Positions 30,301 through 40,280 of a DNA stretch of 64,000 bases are shown in pieces (positions within the stretch are counted from its first letter, which is position 1; each line of letters begins with the position of its first letter). Under the pieces are notes generated by a model. That model was not told the origin of the DNA. It did no database searches and worked only from the letters and a program-made list of their open reading frames with translations. Made by a program: the position numbers and the translations under genes. Source of the DNA: Bacteriovoracaceae bacterium. GTDB lineage: Bacteria; Bdellovibrionota; Bacteriovoracia; Bacteriovoracales; Bacteriovoracaceae. The stretch lies in assembly GCA_048270185.1 (NCBI GenBank), contig JBLWTJ010000001.1, positions 544,001 to 608,000 of the forward strand, written 5' to 3'.

Positions 30301-32206
30301 ACGTCCTCAGAAGTACATTGGTGATGAAGTACCAAATAACAATGCTAAGAGAAACTTAATATTAAATAATGTTGAAGGTATATGTATCCCAGGTCGTGAC
30401 GCTAATCTTGAAGACGTAGTGATCTCTATGGATCAAGGCTCCGACTTAACACCTGACTTTATTGGAAATATGGGAAATACTGTTTCCGATCTTCAGAACT
30501 CAACAAATATCAATACATTTGTCAGCTGCCCTACTTTTGATACATCAGGAGATTATGCAGCATTTAATCGCCTACAAAACGTAAGTGCAATGTCGAGTGA
30601 AATACAATTACTTTCACGCTCACAAAACTTGTCGACTTATTTTCTAGAAATATTCTCAGGCTTAACTAATGATGAGTTAACAAGAGATATTAATGACACA
30701 ACAAATACCGCTATTGAACAACTTGCCCTACCTGTTAATGCTTGTCTTAGAGCACCAGGTTCAACTTGTTTCACCGACCTCGATTGTTCGGCATCAAAGT
30801 TCATTACAGATAATACGAAAGGTGTTGATATTGAAGATTTACTTGTAGCAACAAGTAAGTATGAATTGTCATTCTGGCAGACTGAGCTTGTTTGTGCCCA
30901 ACCTGCACGTGTTGGTGATAGTGACTACGATATCAGAAATAACCGCTGTTGTTCAGAAATTGGTAACACATTTAAAGTACCAACTCTTGACTACAATACA
31001 GGTGTTCCAATTACAACTGACTCTGAAATTATCTCTACTGATTCAGTAGATCTTGAAAAAGTTCCTGGAGCAGAAATAGGCGCCAAAACAGGAACTCGCT
31101 TCTCAGGTACAGTATTAACAGAGTATGAGCGAGAAAATGGTGTTGATAACATAAAGACAATGAGAATAGCTGGTGTTGATAGTGTTACCGATGCTTCTTC
31201 AACTGTAGATGCACAATATAAATTACTTTCAACTTATGGACGAAAAATGTGCTGTAGTGAAAACTGGGTACGAAGCTTTCACAAAGAAGATAACGGTGGT
31301 GGCCATGAATGGGGACCAAATAAAATGCAGGCCCACGGACTTACATCACTAGAAGACTTTAAGTGCTATAACTATGCTGATCAAGATGCAACTAACTGTG
31401 CGGCCAATTCTGCACAAGACCCAGATGAGTGTTCACTAGTTGATATTCCAGATCCTATCGGACTTGATATCACAAAATGGCTTAGCTACTACGAACTGAC
31501 AGGTATTCCAAATATTGTCATTAGCGATCATCAAATGGGAATAACTGATGGCGATGTTCCTCTATGTTCAAAGCCAATCTATCGCTCAACTGGAGCAACA
31601 CCAGAGTATGTCAACCCTGATGGATACACTCTCCAGAATAAGAATGATTTTGATGGGACTGCAGCTGCATCATTTAAAACAGTTTTTGAAAGCGATGAAT
31701 TTGCATGTTGTATGCCTTCTGGAACACAGATGGCAGCTGGAGATGATCCAAATATGTGTTGTACAGGATACATCAATCCTCAAAATAATAAGTGCCAACT
31801 TAAAAACTTTTCAAATGTTACGGCCTATACAAATCGTTATGTTTCAAGTGAACTACAAAACCTACCAGATTCTGAATTTGAGCAGAAAACTGGAATGATG
31901 AATGATCGTGAGAAGCTAGCGGTTATTGCTTGTGAAAAGCAGATGTGTGCAGATGGTTTTGTTGCATTCGGTTTAGTACATGGACAATATGGGCTACCTG
32001 AAGAAACAATGGCCGATGCAGATGCAGCAGGTGTTGGTAACTTTAGCCGCTTTATTCAAAACACAGACAATGACAATGAACTAGGCCGAGTTGACTACTT
32101 CTTTGATGGCCTAAAATGGAATGCAAATGTATATTGTATTCCTGCTAATGTTGCCTCTGCCCTGCAAAGCTCAACACCAGCAATTCAAGTTCTTAACTGT
32201 AATTAA
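27305..32206 (+). CDS. Giant cysteine-rich lipoprotein of unknown function
   Basis: The ATG at 27305 gives MKIFTRK, a hydrophobic stretch and lipobox LASS-C; dozens of Cys in C-x-x-D-x-x-C and CC modules. Confidence 0.85.
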   Translation: MKIFTRKLQFIFILSLLVALASSCVPQAANNRSAASDESDSVETEINDPTFSNAKGFIQYAGNAYTSLFEIDNYFDDNISIRGRGIHNYVKENLSKTYCAITNFSVINSGTPLIAVGFPQYTLDSSTNTREYFIRFTYRSIDAAITENYCNNSAVLSFMSGKGLNTGNRKYDIDDICPTCSNQTTSSNALLLTTSSGDDLTTALGATLTVKLYFTYTSTTDPSNNLCSADSQCAVNGEDFCCLNGQCVKDLSEKTDSIPNSILTEVAANPSSIYNYPNYYNICTQGTIPDEGDSDEYTPDEEAAIRFKRLKQLYQCTTPFDGERGICTTIYEGARTDLESNYETNIDDTNFASIYKGSYPLANSIHEIRYQNAVIYKNGASVVPGQVTVSGINDNLTDTTKLAITTPYVATNKYKNLEIDAYTDVSCTRINSFQAQCYKVYKQGQNEGKATDHFPGTQRFELPFYANINYKVVVLVDDVARTQNTSWTLSAGASNEVVFNSDHIVQDSQEVKINFYVDLTTYPTILTSKEAAQQEIATYCKCSLNQCELEEVLNTSDTVVDYQCRLIPTQSEPPKQQQLYLSAKTAPQRYFDSNGVSKNGLSLSDVILEPNLAQEGTAFSYIGNDKSKPNNVNDYIGFNEIYGSFDLTSNSAKPAKEIEVKEGTTYDIFVSGGNYSSCSGCGNDYYSSSLKVYPNEFVNGAAGYQPDLTTSSRTKTQKYRSDDFSFGRACFVPATMVAWTHQEYEDQQEQRLNRMKAQHFLVANGYDRDWYGFNYGSVIGSFDGVKWFAVGTKRRIKATSNKLFLAINAKLSDQTIENSYTVLVQDSIINGSAVLPTTDYETDGASCQQVHACNTDSECVSSLGWDYMCENVSTLSSPYPNFDVNGNEIPQESDIDRILSLSGSFSGGVKRCVYRGRGAACLPDYNNVTSTSTSYTAVGTKRLHGCSFNNHCEPLESSNNAKFNNKISRNATSLIFQNGQVDNEEELVSTVGLLAPIIGRPQKYIGDEVPNNNAKRNLILNNVEGICIPGRDANLEDVVISMDQGSDLTPDFIGNMGNTVSDLQNSTNINTFVSCPTFDTSGDYAAFNRLQNVSAMSSEIQLLSRSQNLSTYFLEIFSGLTNDELTRDINDTTNTAIEQLALPVNACLRAPGSTCFTDLDCSASKFITDNTKGVDIEDLLVATSKYELSFWQTELVCAQPARVGDSDYDIRNNRCCSEIGNTFKVPTLDYNTGVPITTDSEIISTDSVDLEKVPGAEIGAKTGTRFSGTVLTEYERENGVDNIKTMRIAGVDSVTDASSTVDAQYKLLSTYGRKMCCSENWVRSFHKEDNGGGHEWGPNKMQAHGLTSLEDFKCYNYADQDATNCAANSAQDPDECSLVDIPDPIGLDITKWLSYYELTGIPNIVISDHQMGITDGDVPLCSKPIYRSTGATPEYVNPDGYTLQNKNDFDGTAAASFKTVFESDEFACCMPSGTQMAAGDDPNMCCTGYINPQNNKCQLKNFSNVTAYTNRYVSSELQNLPDSEFEQKTGMMNDREKLAVIACEKQMCADGFVAFGLVHGQYGLPEETMADADAAGVGNFSRFIQNTDNDNELGRVDYFFDGLKWNANVYCIPANVASALQSSTPAIQVLNCN

Positions 32207-33209
32207 GAATTATTTCTTGATAAATATTTTCAAGAATTTGTTGAGCACAAATAGTATTTTCTTTTGCTATTGAAGGATGAATTTTAAGTGTAAGTGTAAG
32301 CTTACCATTAAACTCCATGGCCACGCATCCGATTGGAAAATTCTTAGAACCAGGAGTTGTTGCAAACCAAACCTCATCTGCCCCTAGTCCCTTATAATTA
32401 CTATCATCCATCTGCCACGTACCAACATTAGAGAAAGTTCCAAGCCAGAAATTCTTAGTTGCTGACTTCTTTGATAGCTTGGCCATATAATTCTTTCCGA
32501 AAAGAACTCCAATATGATGAACCCACCAAAGACCTATATGATTTAAAGTCTTAACCTTTTGTGTAAATCGAGATCTTATATCCTCGTATGCAGCATTGGC
32601 ATTAAGTCTTAACTGAACAAAAGAAGTATGATTCTCGTATGGGTCTTTTTTTCTTACAATGCCACGTATGTTTATTGGTAACAGCCATGAATACTCCTGG
32701 CCACGTGCCTGCTCTTTGATAAGAGCGAAGATGAAACGGTTTAGTAATTCAAGGATGACAATATTCTGAGAAAGTTTATTCTCATTTAAGTACTTATTAA
32801 ATTTTTGAGTTTGCTCAACACTAAGAGCTTTTACAGCAAACTCATAATTATCTTTTGGACGTATTTCATTTTGCTCTCGCCATACAGGCCTTGATGCAGG
32901 AGAAATATCCTTTGCCTTTAAGGCAAGCTTCACATGTTGCAAACATGAGATAGGCTTTGTGTAATTTGAATCGATTGGCCTTAAATCAGCACCCAGTTTA
33001 GTCATATAATATGGGATGGAGGCACTACCATCCATCAATGAGTGAGAATATTCAAAGTACTCACAATCTTTGAGTTCACCATCGATCCATTTTCCTCGGC
33101 CCACAACACATTGATCATTTTCTCCACGCTCTTTTAAAATTTCATACCAAACACCAACCCAGTCTCGGCTGAAGTAGCGATTAGTGATGATCGAAAAAGG
33201 CCAGATCAC
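32193..33209 (-). CDS. CoA-dependent acyltransferase (condensation/CAT-like fold)
   Basis: HxxxDG motif SHSLMDG, plus LPINIRG...NHTS and FSNVG motifs typical of this fold. Confidence 0.65.
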   Translation of the reverse strand: MIWPFSIITNRYFSRDWVGVWYEILKERGENDQCVVGRGKWIDGELKDCEYFEYSHSLMDGSASIPYYMTKLGADLRPIDSNYTKPISCLQHVKLALKAKDISPASRPVWREQNEIRPKDNYEFAVKALSVEQTQKFNKYLNENKLSQNIVILELLNRFIFALIKEQARGQEYSWLLPINIRGIVRKKDPYENHTSFVQLRLNANAAYEDIRSRFTQKVKTLNHIGLWWVHHIGVLFGKNYMAKLSKKSATKNFWLGTFSNVGTWQMDDSNYKGLGADEVWFATTPGSKNFPIGCVAMEFNGKLTLTLKIHPSIAKENTICAQQILENIYQEIILNYS

Positions 33210-34291
33210 AGAAGACTTCCTTCAAAACGAAAAGGCTTTATTGGCCAAAGTCCATTATTCTTTGAGGTATGAATTTCAAACATATGGCCAGTATTTTTGA
33301 CAACAATACCATCGATTAAGAAATCGAAATCAATCTCATCCTGTCCAGTGTATAGATTACAAATATGGTACTTCTTTAAAATATTATTTTGTTTCAAATA
33401 TTTAAGCATACCAGTTATGAGTTCTTTCTTTGTGTCCTCGCTTGAAGCCGTTTTGAAAGTTAAGAATTGAATTTCTAGACTTTTGATATGTCCATTCTCA
33501 ACCTTAGGTTTACCAGTGCTTTCAATAAGCTGAGTTAGAAGTTTCTTTTGAGTCTTTAGATTATACATTTTATAAGATCGACCAAAGTCGGCATCAGTAT
33601 AAGCAAAGACAGCGGCCAATTCACTATTATCATAGATTCCAAAATAATGAGTCATTGGATCATTTGTTAAGTCTTCAGCTAACTCGAGATGGCGTGATTC
33701 ATTCTTATAGAACTCGATAAAATCATTAAAACTAATCTGTCTAACTTTCGCACGTGATGGGTTAAAAAGTGGAGGACTAACAACTGAATAGACATGGTAA
33801 TTATCGATATGACGATAGTTAAAACCACGCCCCCCTTTTGTTAATGAATTAATTGCAGCTTGATTATCAGAAAGGATCGCAGTGTATGCCATTTCACAAC
33901 GATCTTCTTCAGGTAAATTAGGTAGTAATTCGATAACTTCACTAAAGAGTTTACGCCACTGTACCTTTGCCCTGCGTCCCCCATTGGCGGCCACTCGTAA
34001 ATCACAAAAATATGCAACAGGTCTTATGGCCCCATCGACAAATCTTAGTTGTCTAATGATTGTACCGACTCCGCAAATACTTTTGTCATCGTTAAGAAAG
34101 AGAAAGGTCCAATACTTATTGCCCTTTCTCTCATAGAATTTAAAAAAATTAGCACCACGATCAAAAGACAGGGATTCTTCCCCTGTCTCCATATGTATAT
34201 CTTTATAGAATTCTAGAATTGCTTCGTTATCATCTTTAGTCGCAAGCCTTATATGTGTATAAGGCTCCATTACCTCTTGCAAGGTCGCCAT
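33206..34291 (-). CDS. GNAT-family acyltransferase
   Basis: IRLATKDDNEAI, AYFCDLRVA and YTAILSDNQAA. Confidence 0.65.
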   Translation of the reverse strand: MATLQEVMEPYTHIRLATKDDNEAILEFYKDIHMETGEESLSFDRGANFFKFYERKGNKYWTFLFLNDDKSICGVGTIIRQLRFVDGAIRPVAYFCDLRVAANGGRRAKVQWRKLFSEVIELLPNLPEEDRCEMAYTAILSDNQAAINSLTKGGRGFNYRHIDNYHVYSVVSPPLFNPSRAKVRQISFNDFIEFYKNESRHLELAEDLTNDPMTHYFGIYDNSELAAVFAYTDADFGRSYKMYNLKTQKKLLTQLIESTGKPKVENGHIKSLEIQFLTFKTASSEDTKKELITGMLKYLKQNNILKKYHICNLYTGQDEIDFDFLIDGIVVKNTGHMFEIHTSKNNGLWPIKPFRFEGSLL

Positions 34292-34300
34292 TAGAACTCC

Positions 34301-34972
34301 TTAGCTATAAGATTTTACTTTCTTCATCGATCGAGCTCTTATTAATCTCTTAAATAAGAATGTTACAATACGACCAAAAGAAAGGTGGACATTCATCATC
34401 GTCCCATACTCTATAACTTCGTCATCTGGCTCACTCATTCCCGGTAATATTTTAGTAAAACCTTTATAAAGGCGGTAAGGCCTAATTGTATTATAGATCT
34501 CCCCTAGCTTAGGCTTTGCACTTGAGTAGGCATAAATATAGTAACTACGGCCCATCTTCGTTGCTTCTAAATAAAGCATTAACCAGAAGTAAACTCCTAG
34601 AAGACGACAACGTTGATAGCGAGACATCCAAAGAGCTGTTGCTTCAAAAAGGTTATCTTCAAGATTAGGAACATCTTTATGTAATTTTGCTAAAGCTTCA
34701 TCAGGAAGACTTTTAACAACACGAGAGTCACTTCCAAGAGCAAAAGTAAAACCACCACACATTACACCGTGTTTATTAAATAGAGCGAATGTCTTATTAC
34801 GTGAGAGGAAGTCGATTGGAAATTTAACACCAATACGATTATACGTGAGTCTTTGAAATTCAACTAAATCATCGAGATCGCTAAGCTGTCTTAGCTGAGA
34901 GCGGTAAACTCTCTTTACTCTACGGCCAGTTCCAACAATAACACCTGGTAGCACAGCTAATTGTCTAATCAT
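34301..34972 (-). CDS. Putative GNAT-fold acyltransferase (FeeM/acyl-ACP-dependent-like)
   Basis: Weak resemblance to the N-acyl amino acid synthase/LuxI-like fold (FQRLTY, MCGGF, FEATALW); first gene of the operon. Confidence 0.4.
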   Translation of the reverse strand: MIRQLAVLPGVIVGTGRRVKRVYRSQLRQLSDLDDLVEFQRLTYNRIGVKFPIDFLSRNKTFALFNKHGVMCGGFTFALGSDSRVVKSLPDEALAKLHKDVPNLEDNLFEATALWMSRYQRCRLLGVYFWLMLYLEATKMGRSYYIYAYSSAKPKLGEIYNTIRPYRLYKGFTKILPGMSEPDDEVIEYGTMMNVHLSFGRIVTFLFKRLIRARSMKKVKSYS

Positions 34973-35320
34973 TACTCTCTCCTGTTAGAGTTTCCATGTA
35001 GTATTGGGAGACATTCTAGGAACATTAGCAATTATCAGTAAAACTTTTGTCCAATGTTAAAATTTCTCCAGCTTTCATCCTGCGCGACAATAATACCTAT
35101 AAAACTATAGGCTTATAAAGGGCCAAGGCCTGACACATTGTGTTTTCTTACAACGTTTTTGGCCAATTATGTCAAAAAAATTCTATTTGCAATAATTATT
35201 AGTGCCATCATGCCACCATATGAACGCTGCGCAATATAGAATAATTTCATATATTAACGCAAGTGTACATGACGAGCAGATTTGATGTTGCTAGATTCCT
35301 TCATTCACAAAAGGAGACCT

Positions 35321-37099
35321 ATGAAGGTAATCAATTATCTAGTTATATTAACTATTCTCAACATTTCTGGCCTGGTTCAAGCAATGGACAAAACGGCTTT
35401 TTCTGGCAAGGATTTTTGGTATATCGACCAAGTTGATCGAGTTGAGATCATCACTGACCTATATAAGCAAACAAAGTCTGAGTACGCTCTTTGGACTCAT
35501 AAGAAAAAGCGCATGGGTATTGACGGTGACAAGCTCTTTACAGATGCAATCAATACAGAACTTAGTATTGAAGATACGAAAGACTCTCTTTCTCAAGCTC
35601 GTGCAAATATGGAATTCTATGACCGTGCAAAGAAGTTAATTGCAGGGTTTAAGGATACTCACTTTGGACTAAGAACACATATTTCAGCGCCTTGGATCGT
35701 TTCAGGTTTTAATACAAAATATGTCGTTGATTCAGAAAAGATTATCATTGCGAGTAAGTATAATAAGGTTATCCAAAAATCGATGATCGAAACTGAAAAC
35801 ACAGATATGGCCCTTATCGAATTAGGTGATGAGCTACTAACTGTTGACGGTGTTAAGGCCCAAGATCTATTAAAAGATCTTTCTCAGTATATCGATGCCT
35901 CAAGCCCTGAGTTTGCAAGAGACATGGCCGCAGCTTACTTACTTGAGCGCTACTTTTCTTTCCCAACAAAACCATACTTTGATATCGAAGTTAAAAGCGC
36001 AAAGCTTGATAAAGTACTTAAGGTTCGCCTACCTCTTTACTACTCTGGAAATACTTCAAGAGTTAGAAAGAAAGATATCTCTTACTACCTAGACAAGAAA
36101 GGGTTCCTAAAACTAAAAGAACTAAGATTTAAGTGGTCTCAAAAAGATATGAAGTTTGTTAAGGATACAAGTCTAGTAGTTGAAACTTTTGATAGCTCTC
36201 TACCAAAAGGTGCGGTTGAACTTGAGAATTGGACCTCAGCTCAAGCAGGAGGAAGCTCAATTGTTCAATCGGCGTTAATCCTAAAGAATGCTAAAGCTTA
36301 TGCTTACCTCGCTGTTAACTCATTCTCTGTATCAACTGTTTACTATAAAGGTGAAGAAGTATCTTTCCTAACTGCTCTTGCAAGAAATATAAAATTCTTC
36401 AAAGACCAAGGACTAGATCTGATTCTAGATATTAGAAATAATGGTGGAGGTAATGGAAATTATCCATCTCAACTTGTTTCGATGCTCACACAAAAGGATG
36501 CATCTCATCCAAATGCATCTTGGGCAACTCCAGTTACTCGCTACATGAGACACCTAATGGATTACTACTCTGTTGAAGATATCTTTAAGGACGCAACAGG
36601 AGCTAATTGGACTAGACAGGCTGATGCTTTCTACGAAGCAGTTGATCTTGAGCTTCCATACTCAAGAGCAATTCAAGGTGATGCTATTACTGCTCACGAA
36701 GGTGTAAAAGGTTATGAAGGTAAAATCGTAGCTCTTATCTCACCAAATTGTATTTCGGCATGTGATATCACTTCAATCATCCTCAAGGTTTCTGGACGTG
36801 CTCAGATTCTAGGGACAAATGCAAATGGTACAGGGGCCGGTTACCGCTCAAATCAAGACCTAAATACACAGTTTAAAGACCGCTACAACGTATTCGCGAC
36901 AAATATCCCTAATATGCTTTTTGGATACGGTAAAAAGGATTTTGACGCCAATAATGACTTAGGACTTGATTCAGCATATGAATTAAATTCTGAAAACGTT
37001 CCAGTTAAAGCTGATATTGAATACAAGGAAACTTTTGAAGATACGAAGAACTACATGAGTGGTTGGATCACAAAAGCAATTGAAGTATTAAATCAATAA
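35321..37099 (+). CDS. Secreted S41-family peptidase
   Basis: RBS aggag before the ATG at 35321; signal peptide; FKDTHF, PDZ-like GDELLTVDG, LDIRNNGGG, ISACD and GTGAG. Confidence 0.85.
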   Translation: MKVINYLVILTILNISGLVQAMDKTAFSGKDFWYIDQVDRVEIITDLYKQTKSEYALWTHKKKRMGIDGDKLFTDAINTELSIEDTKDSLSQARANMEFYDRAKKLIAGFKDTHFGLRTHISAPWIVSGFNTKYVVDSEKIIIASKYNKVIQKSMIETENTDMALIELGDELLTVDGVKAQDLLKDLSQYIDASSPEFARDMAAAYLLERYFSFPTKPYFDIEVKSAKLDKVLKVRLPLYYSGNTSRVRKKDISYYLDKKGFLKLKELRFKWSQKDMKFVKDTSLVVETFDSSLPKGAVELENWTSAQAGGSSIVQSALILKNAKAYAYLAVNSFSVSTVYYKGEEVSFLTALARNIKFFKDQGLDLILDIRNNGGGNGNYPSQLVSMLTQKDASHPNASWATPVTRYMRHLMDYYSVEDIFKDATGANWTRQADAFYEAVDLELPYSRAIQGDAITAHEGVKGYEGKIVALISPNCISACDITSIILKVSGRAQILGTNANGTGAGYRSNQDLNTQFKDRYNVFATNIPNMLFGYGKKDFDANNDLGLDSAYELNSENVPVKADIEYKETFEDTKNYMSGWITKAIEVLNQ

Positions 37100-37116
37100 G
37101 AAGTAAATAAAGAAGT

Positions 37117-37148
37117 AAAAAAGGGCCATCTATATGGCCCTTTTTTTT
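37117..37148. terminator. Bidirectional intrinsic terminator
   Basis: A-run, gggccat-ctat-atggccc hairpin and T-run between convergent genes. Confidence 0.85.
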
Positions 37149-39208
37149 TATAGTGATGCTGGAGATCTTAAGTTCTCTTTGATTTGAAATTGAGTGAAAA
37201 TATTTTCTCGATTCTCACCTTCTGAGAAGTAATTCAGATATGGAATCCCCCCATTAAGATTTGCACTAAAGCTTCCCTTGTTAGGATGGGCCCCAAATAA
37301 ACTCGTAAGCTGCGAATCTTTTTTAATTTCATTATTAACATTATAGACAACGTCTTTAAAACGCCACAATGGAAGTTCATGCTTATACTTAGCATAGAGT
37401 TGCTTTGAGCCTATCTCCATACAAGTTGATACCATTGCACGTTTCTTTGAAGGCCTAAAGATATATCGCCAACGATACTTCTTCTCACATTTTTTCTTTA
37501 TGGCCGCAGAGTAATTGCCTGTGGCCCATTCTTTAAGAAACTTCCCGTAGGCATTATAAAGTTTACTTCGACAGCTACTAAATAGTGATCGCAGTTTTAC
37601 AAAGAAATTCTTTGATTTTAATCCACAGATATCTTTAAAGACATTATAGACTTCTGAAGAATTGCGATTTAAGAAGTTAGCGACATTTGTATTATCCATT
37701 GTAATTGTCGAAGAAAACTCAGCAGGGGCTCCTACTGAATAATTCTCAAAAACAGATGCGAAGTTACCATAACTATTCGTTCTCGAACGAATTAGATTCC
37801 CCATCTTAGATTCAACCTTTGCCTTCTTACGATTGAATTTATTTTGTTGCCTAAGAGTCATCGTAAAGACGTTGTCACTAAAGATATCAAAATCTTGACG
37901 TGCATGAATGAGCTCTTCTTCGGACTCGTAATTCATATTAACAATTTTTGAATCAACTCGATCATTAGACACTAACTGGTCATATCCAATAAGCTTACCA
38001 AGAACAATCCCGAGAAGTTTAGATAGGAAGTTTTGCGAATAAGATAATCTCTCATAGCGATGAGAGAAGAATTTATGTACCATTCCATCTTTTACAACTT
38101 CTGTCGACTCTGTCTGAGAGCTCTTTACACCACCAATAATGAAGGCCAGATACTTACTCTCTTTTAATTCTTTTTTACGGTTTTCAAAAGTCGTAATATT
38201 ATCTGCAAGCTTATTGTAATTAAACTTTCCAAAGCGAACAATCTTAGTCAACTCCTTAATCTTTTCACTATCATTTAAGTCATCAACATAAATTGACATA
38301 TAAGCTTTGTAAGATTTCTCAAAACTATAGTTGAAGTCATAGCGAAATAGAGTCAATTGAACGATCTTTAAGAAATCGATCATCAGAGTTACATTTGTAC
38401 CTGCAGAGATAAGCTTAGAGTCTGTTGCGTTTAATCGAATTAACTCATTTGGTTTAGCATTATCAGCAGGCCCTAAGCGCTGAATTTCAACACTGGACTT
38501 AGTTTCGTACTTTGCAAGAGCTCCTGCTGCGACACCAATACCTTGATAAGAGGCCGTGACGGCACCACCAGCAGCAAAAGTTAAAGAATCTTCCTTCTTA
38601 ATAAAATCATAATCACCTAATTGATTGAAGTTCTTAGGTTTTAAATATTTATACATAAAGAAGAGACGATCAAAATTTGTCTGAAGTGCATCTTGAGCAT
38701 TTGGAGCAAAGTGATTATACCTCATCGTTCTCTTGAGAGATAAATTACTATAGGCCTTAAGGGCCGAAGCAGAGATATCGATAATTCCCTTTTCTTGAAG
38801 TGCACCCAGGAAATTTCGAGCAGAAATTTCGATAACCATTTCATCATTAACAAGATATTGATCTTCATCAAAGAGAGATGGAGCGGCACTACGGTTAAAG
38901 GAAACCTTAAAACCATGAAAGTCACCAGCATGTCGCCAACCAATTAAGTTAACACCACCAAAGAAGCCATTGGCATCCTGACTAAGTCGATCACCGATTG
39001 TTTGATAATTTGCTTCATAATTATCATAGATCTGCTTATAGATTGGAGAAATATCGGCCAAATCAGTACCCGAAAACTCACTTTCTAATTTATTCTTATC
39101 GACACTAAAATTTGTGAAATCCTGAGCATAGGATGGCATAGCAAATGAAAATATAGTGAATAGAATCAGAAAATACACTATTGCCCCTGTCTTATATCTC
39201 TTGTTCAC
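37148..39208 (-). CDS. Hypothetical exported protein (686 aa)
   Basis: Long ORF with a signal peptide; no family recognised; ends in RSPASL. Confidence 0.8.
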   Translation of the reverse strand: MNKRYKTGAIVYFLILFTIFSFAMPSYAQDFTNFSVDKNKLESEFSGTDLADISPIYKQIYDNYEANYQTIGDRLSQDANGFFGGVNLIGWRHAGDFHGFKVSFNRSAAPSLFDEDQYLVNDEMVIEISARNFLGALQEKGIIDISASALKAYSNLSLKRTMRYNHFAPNAQDALQTNFDRLFFMYKYLKPKNFNQLGDYDFIKKEDSLTFAAGGAVTASYQGIGVAAGALAKYETKSSVEIQRLGPADNAKPNELIRLNATDSKLISAGTNVTLMIDFLKIVQLTLFRYDFNYSFEKSYKAYMSIYVDDLNDSEKIKELTKIVRFGKFNYNKLADNITTFENRKKELKESKYLAFIIGGVKSSQTESTEVVKDGMVHKFFSHRYERLSYSQNFLSKLLGIVLGKLIGYDQLVSNDRVDSKIVNMNYESEEELIHARQDFDIFSDNVFTMTLRQQNKFNRKKAKVESKMGNLIRSRTNSYGNFASVFENYSVGAPAEFSSTITMDNTNVANFLNRNSSEVYNVFKDICGLKSKNFFVKLRSLFSSCRSKLYNAYGKFLKEWATGNYSAAIKKKCEKKYRWRYIFRPSKKRAMVSTCMEIGSKQLYAKYKHELPLWRFKDVVYNVNNEIKKDSQLTSLFGAHPNKGSFSANLNGGIPYLNYFSEGENRENIFTQFQIKENLRSPASL

Positions 39209-39510
39209 GATTATCCCCCTCTTTTATGACCTGAAATTAGGCCACTCAATTGGAAAAAAAACCGGAACCGACGTGCAATAGTTCTTTTAACCTAAAGAGG
39301 ATGATACGTTCACATATCGACGCAATGCAAGAATTTATTGATATTTATTGTCAATTATGCAGTTTTAGAGGGTTACAAAGATTTTTTGATAGATTTTAAT
39401 TAACACAAGTTAAATTTAATTTAATTGAGCTATTGTTGACATTAGACGATACTAAGTTAAGAAATCAAACAAGGGAATTTACTCCCTGAAGGTAGATAAG
39501 GAGATAATTT

Positions 39511-40248
39511 ATGGCATTTGAAAGTATTGACGGTAAACAAGTACCAAAGACATCATTCAAAGTATTTAAGGACGGAACTCTAGTTGATGTAACATATGAT
39601 GAAGTATTTAAGGGAAGAAGAGTTGCTATCTTCTCTCTACCAGGAGCTTATACTCCTACATGTTCATCGACTCACCTACCTCGCTATAATGAATTAGCTG
39701 ATGCAATTAAGAAGGAAGGCATTGATGATATCTACGTTCTATCAGTAAACGATGCATTTGTTATGGATGCATGGATTCAAGATCAGAATGCAGAAAATAT
39801 CAAAGTACTACCAGATGGAAATGGCGATTTCACAAAGGGTATTGGGTTACTAGTTGATAAATCTGATATTGGATTTGGCGCTAGAACTTGGAGATATTCA
39901 ATGGTTGTTAAAGATGGCGTTGTTGAGAAGTCATTTATTGAACCAGATAAACCAGGTGATCCGTTTGAAGTTTCTGATGCGGACACAATGCTTAAGTATT
40001 TAAACCCACAGGCCAAGGCGCCTGAAGCAGTTGCAATCTTTACAAGGCCAGGCTGTCCTCACTGTCATCGTGCAAAAGAGCTACTGACACAGAAGGGTCA
40101 CCGCTATAATGAAATCATTCTTGGTAAAGATGCTTCAAACCAGTCACTATTTGCAATTACTGGTCAAACAAAAGTACCTCAGATTTTTATTAACGGTGAA
40201 AGAATTGGTGGACGAGATAAATTAGAAGAATTATTTGGTGTAAAATAA
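39511..40248 (+). CDS. Hybrid peroxiredoxin 5-glutaredoxin
   Basis: LPGAYTPTCS, SVNDAFVM and a C-terminal Grx domain with CPHC, VPQIFI and IGG; strong RBS. Confidence 0.95.
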   Translation: MAFESIDGKQVPKTSFKVFKDGTLVDVTYDEVFKGRRVAIFSLPGAYTPTCSSTHLPRYNELADAIKKEGIDDIYVLSVNDAFVMDAWIQDQNAENIKVLPDGNGDFTKGIGLLVDKSDIGFGARTWRYSMVVKDGVVEKSFIEPDKPGDPFEVSDADTMLKYLNPQAKAPEAVAIFTRPGCPHCHRAKELLTQKGHRYNEIILGKDASNQSLFAITGQTKVPQIFINGERIGGRDKLEELFGVK

Positions 40249-40252
40249 AAAT

Positions 40253-40275
40253 AAGGCCCACTTTTAGTGGGCCTT
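40253..40275. terminator. Terminator hairpin between convergent genes
   Basis: aaggcccac-tttta-gtgggcctt. Confidence 0.7.
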
Positions 40276-40280
40276 CTACA

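Noticed and set aside
39385..39435. OxyR box upstream of the hybrid peroxiredoxin
   Set aside because: AT-rich with ATAG and CTAT ends, but the ATAG-N7-CTAT periodicity is not met.
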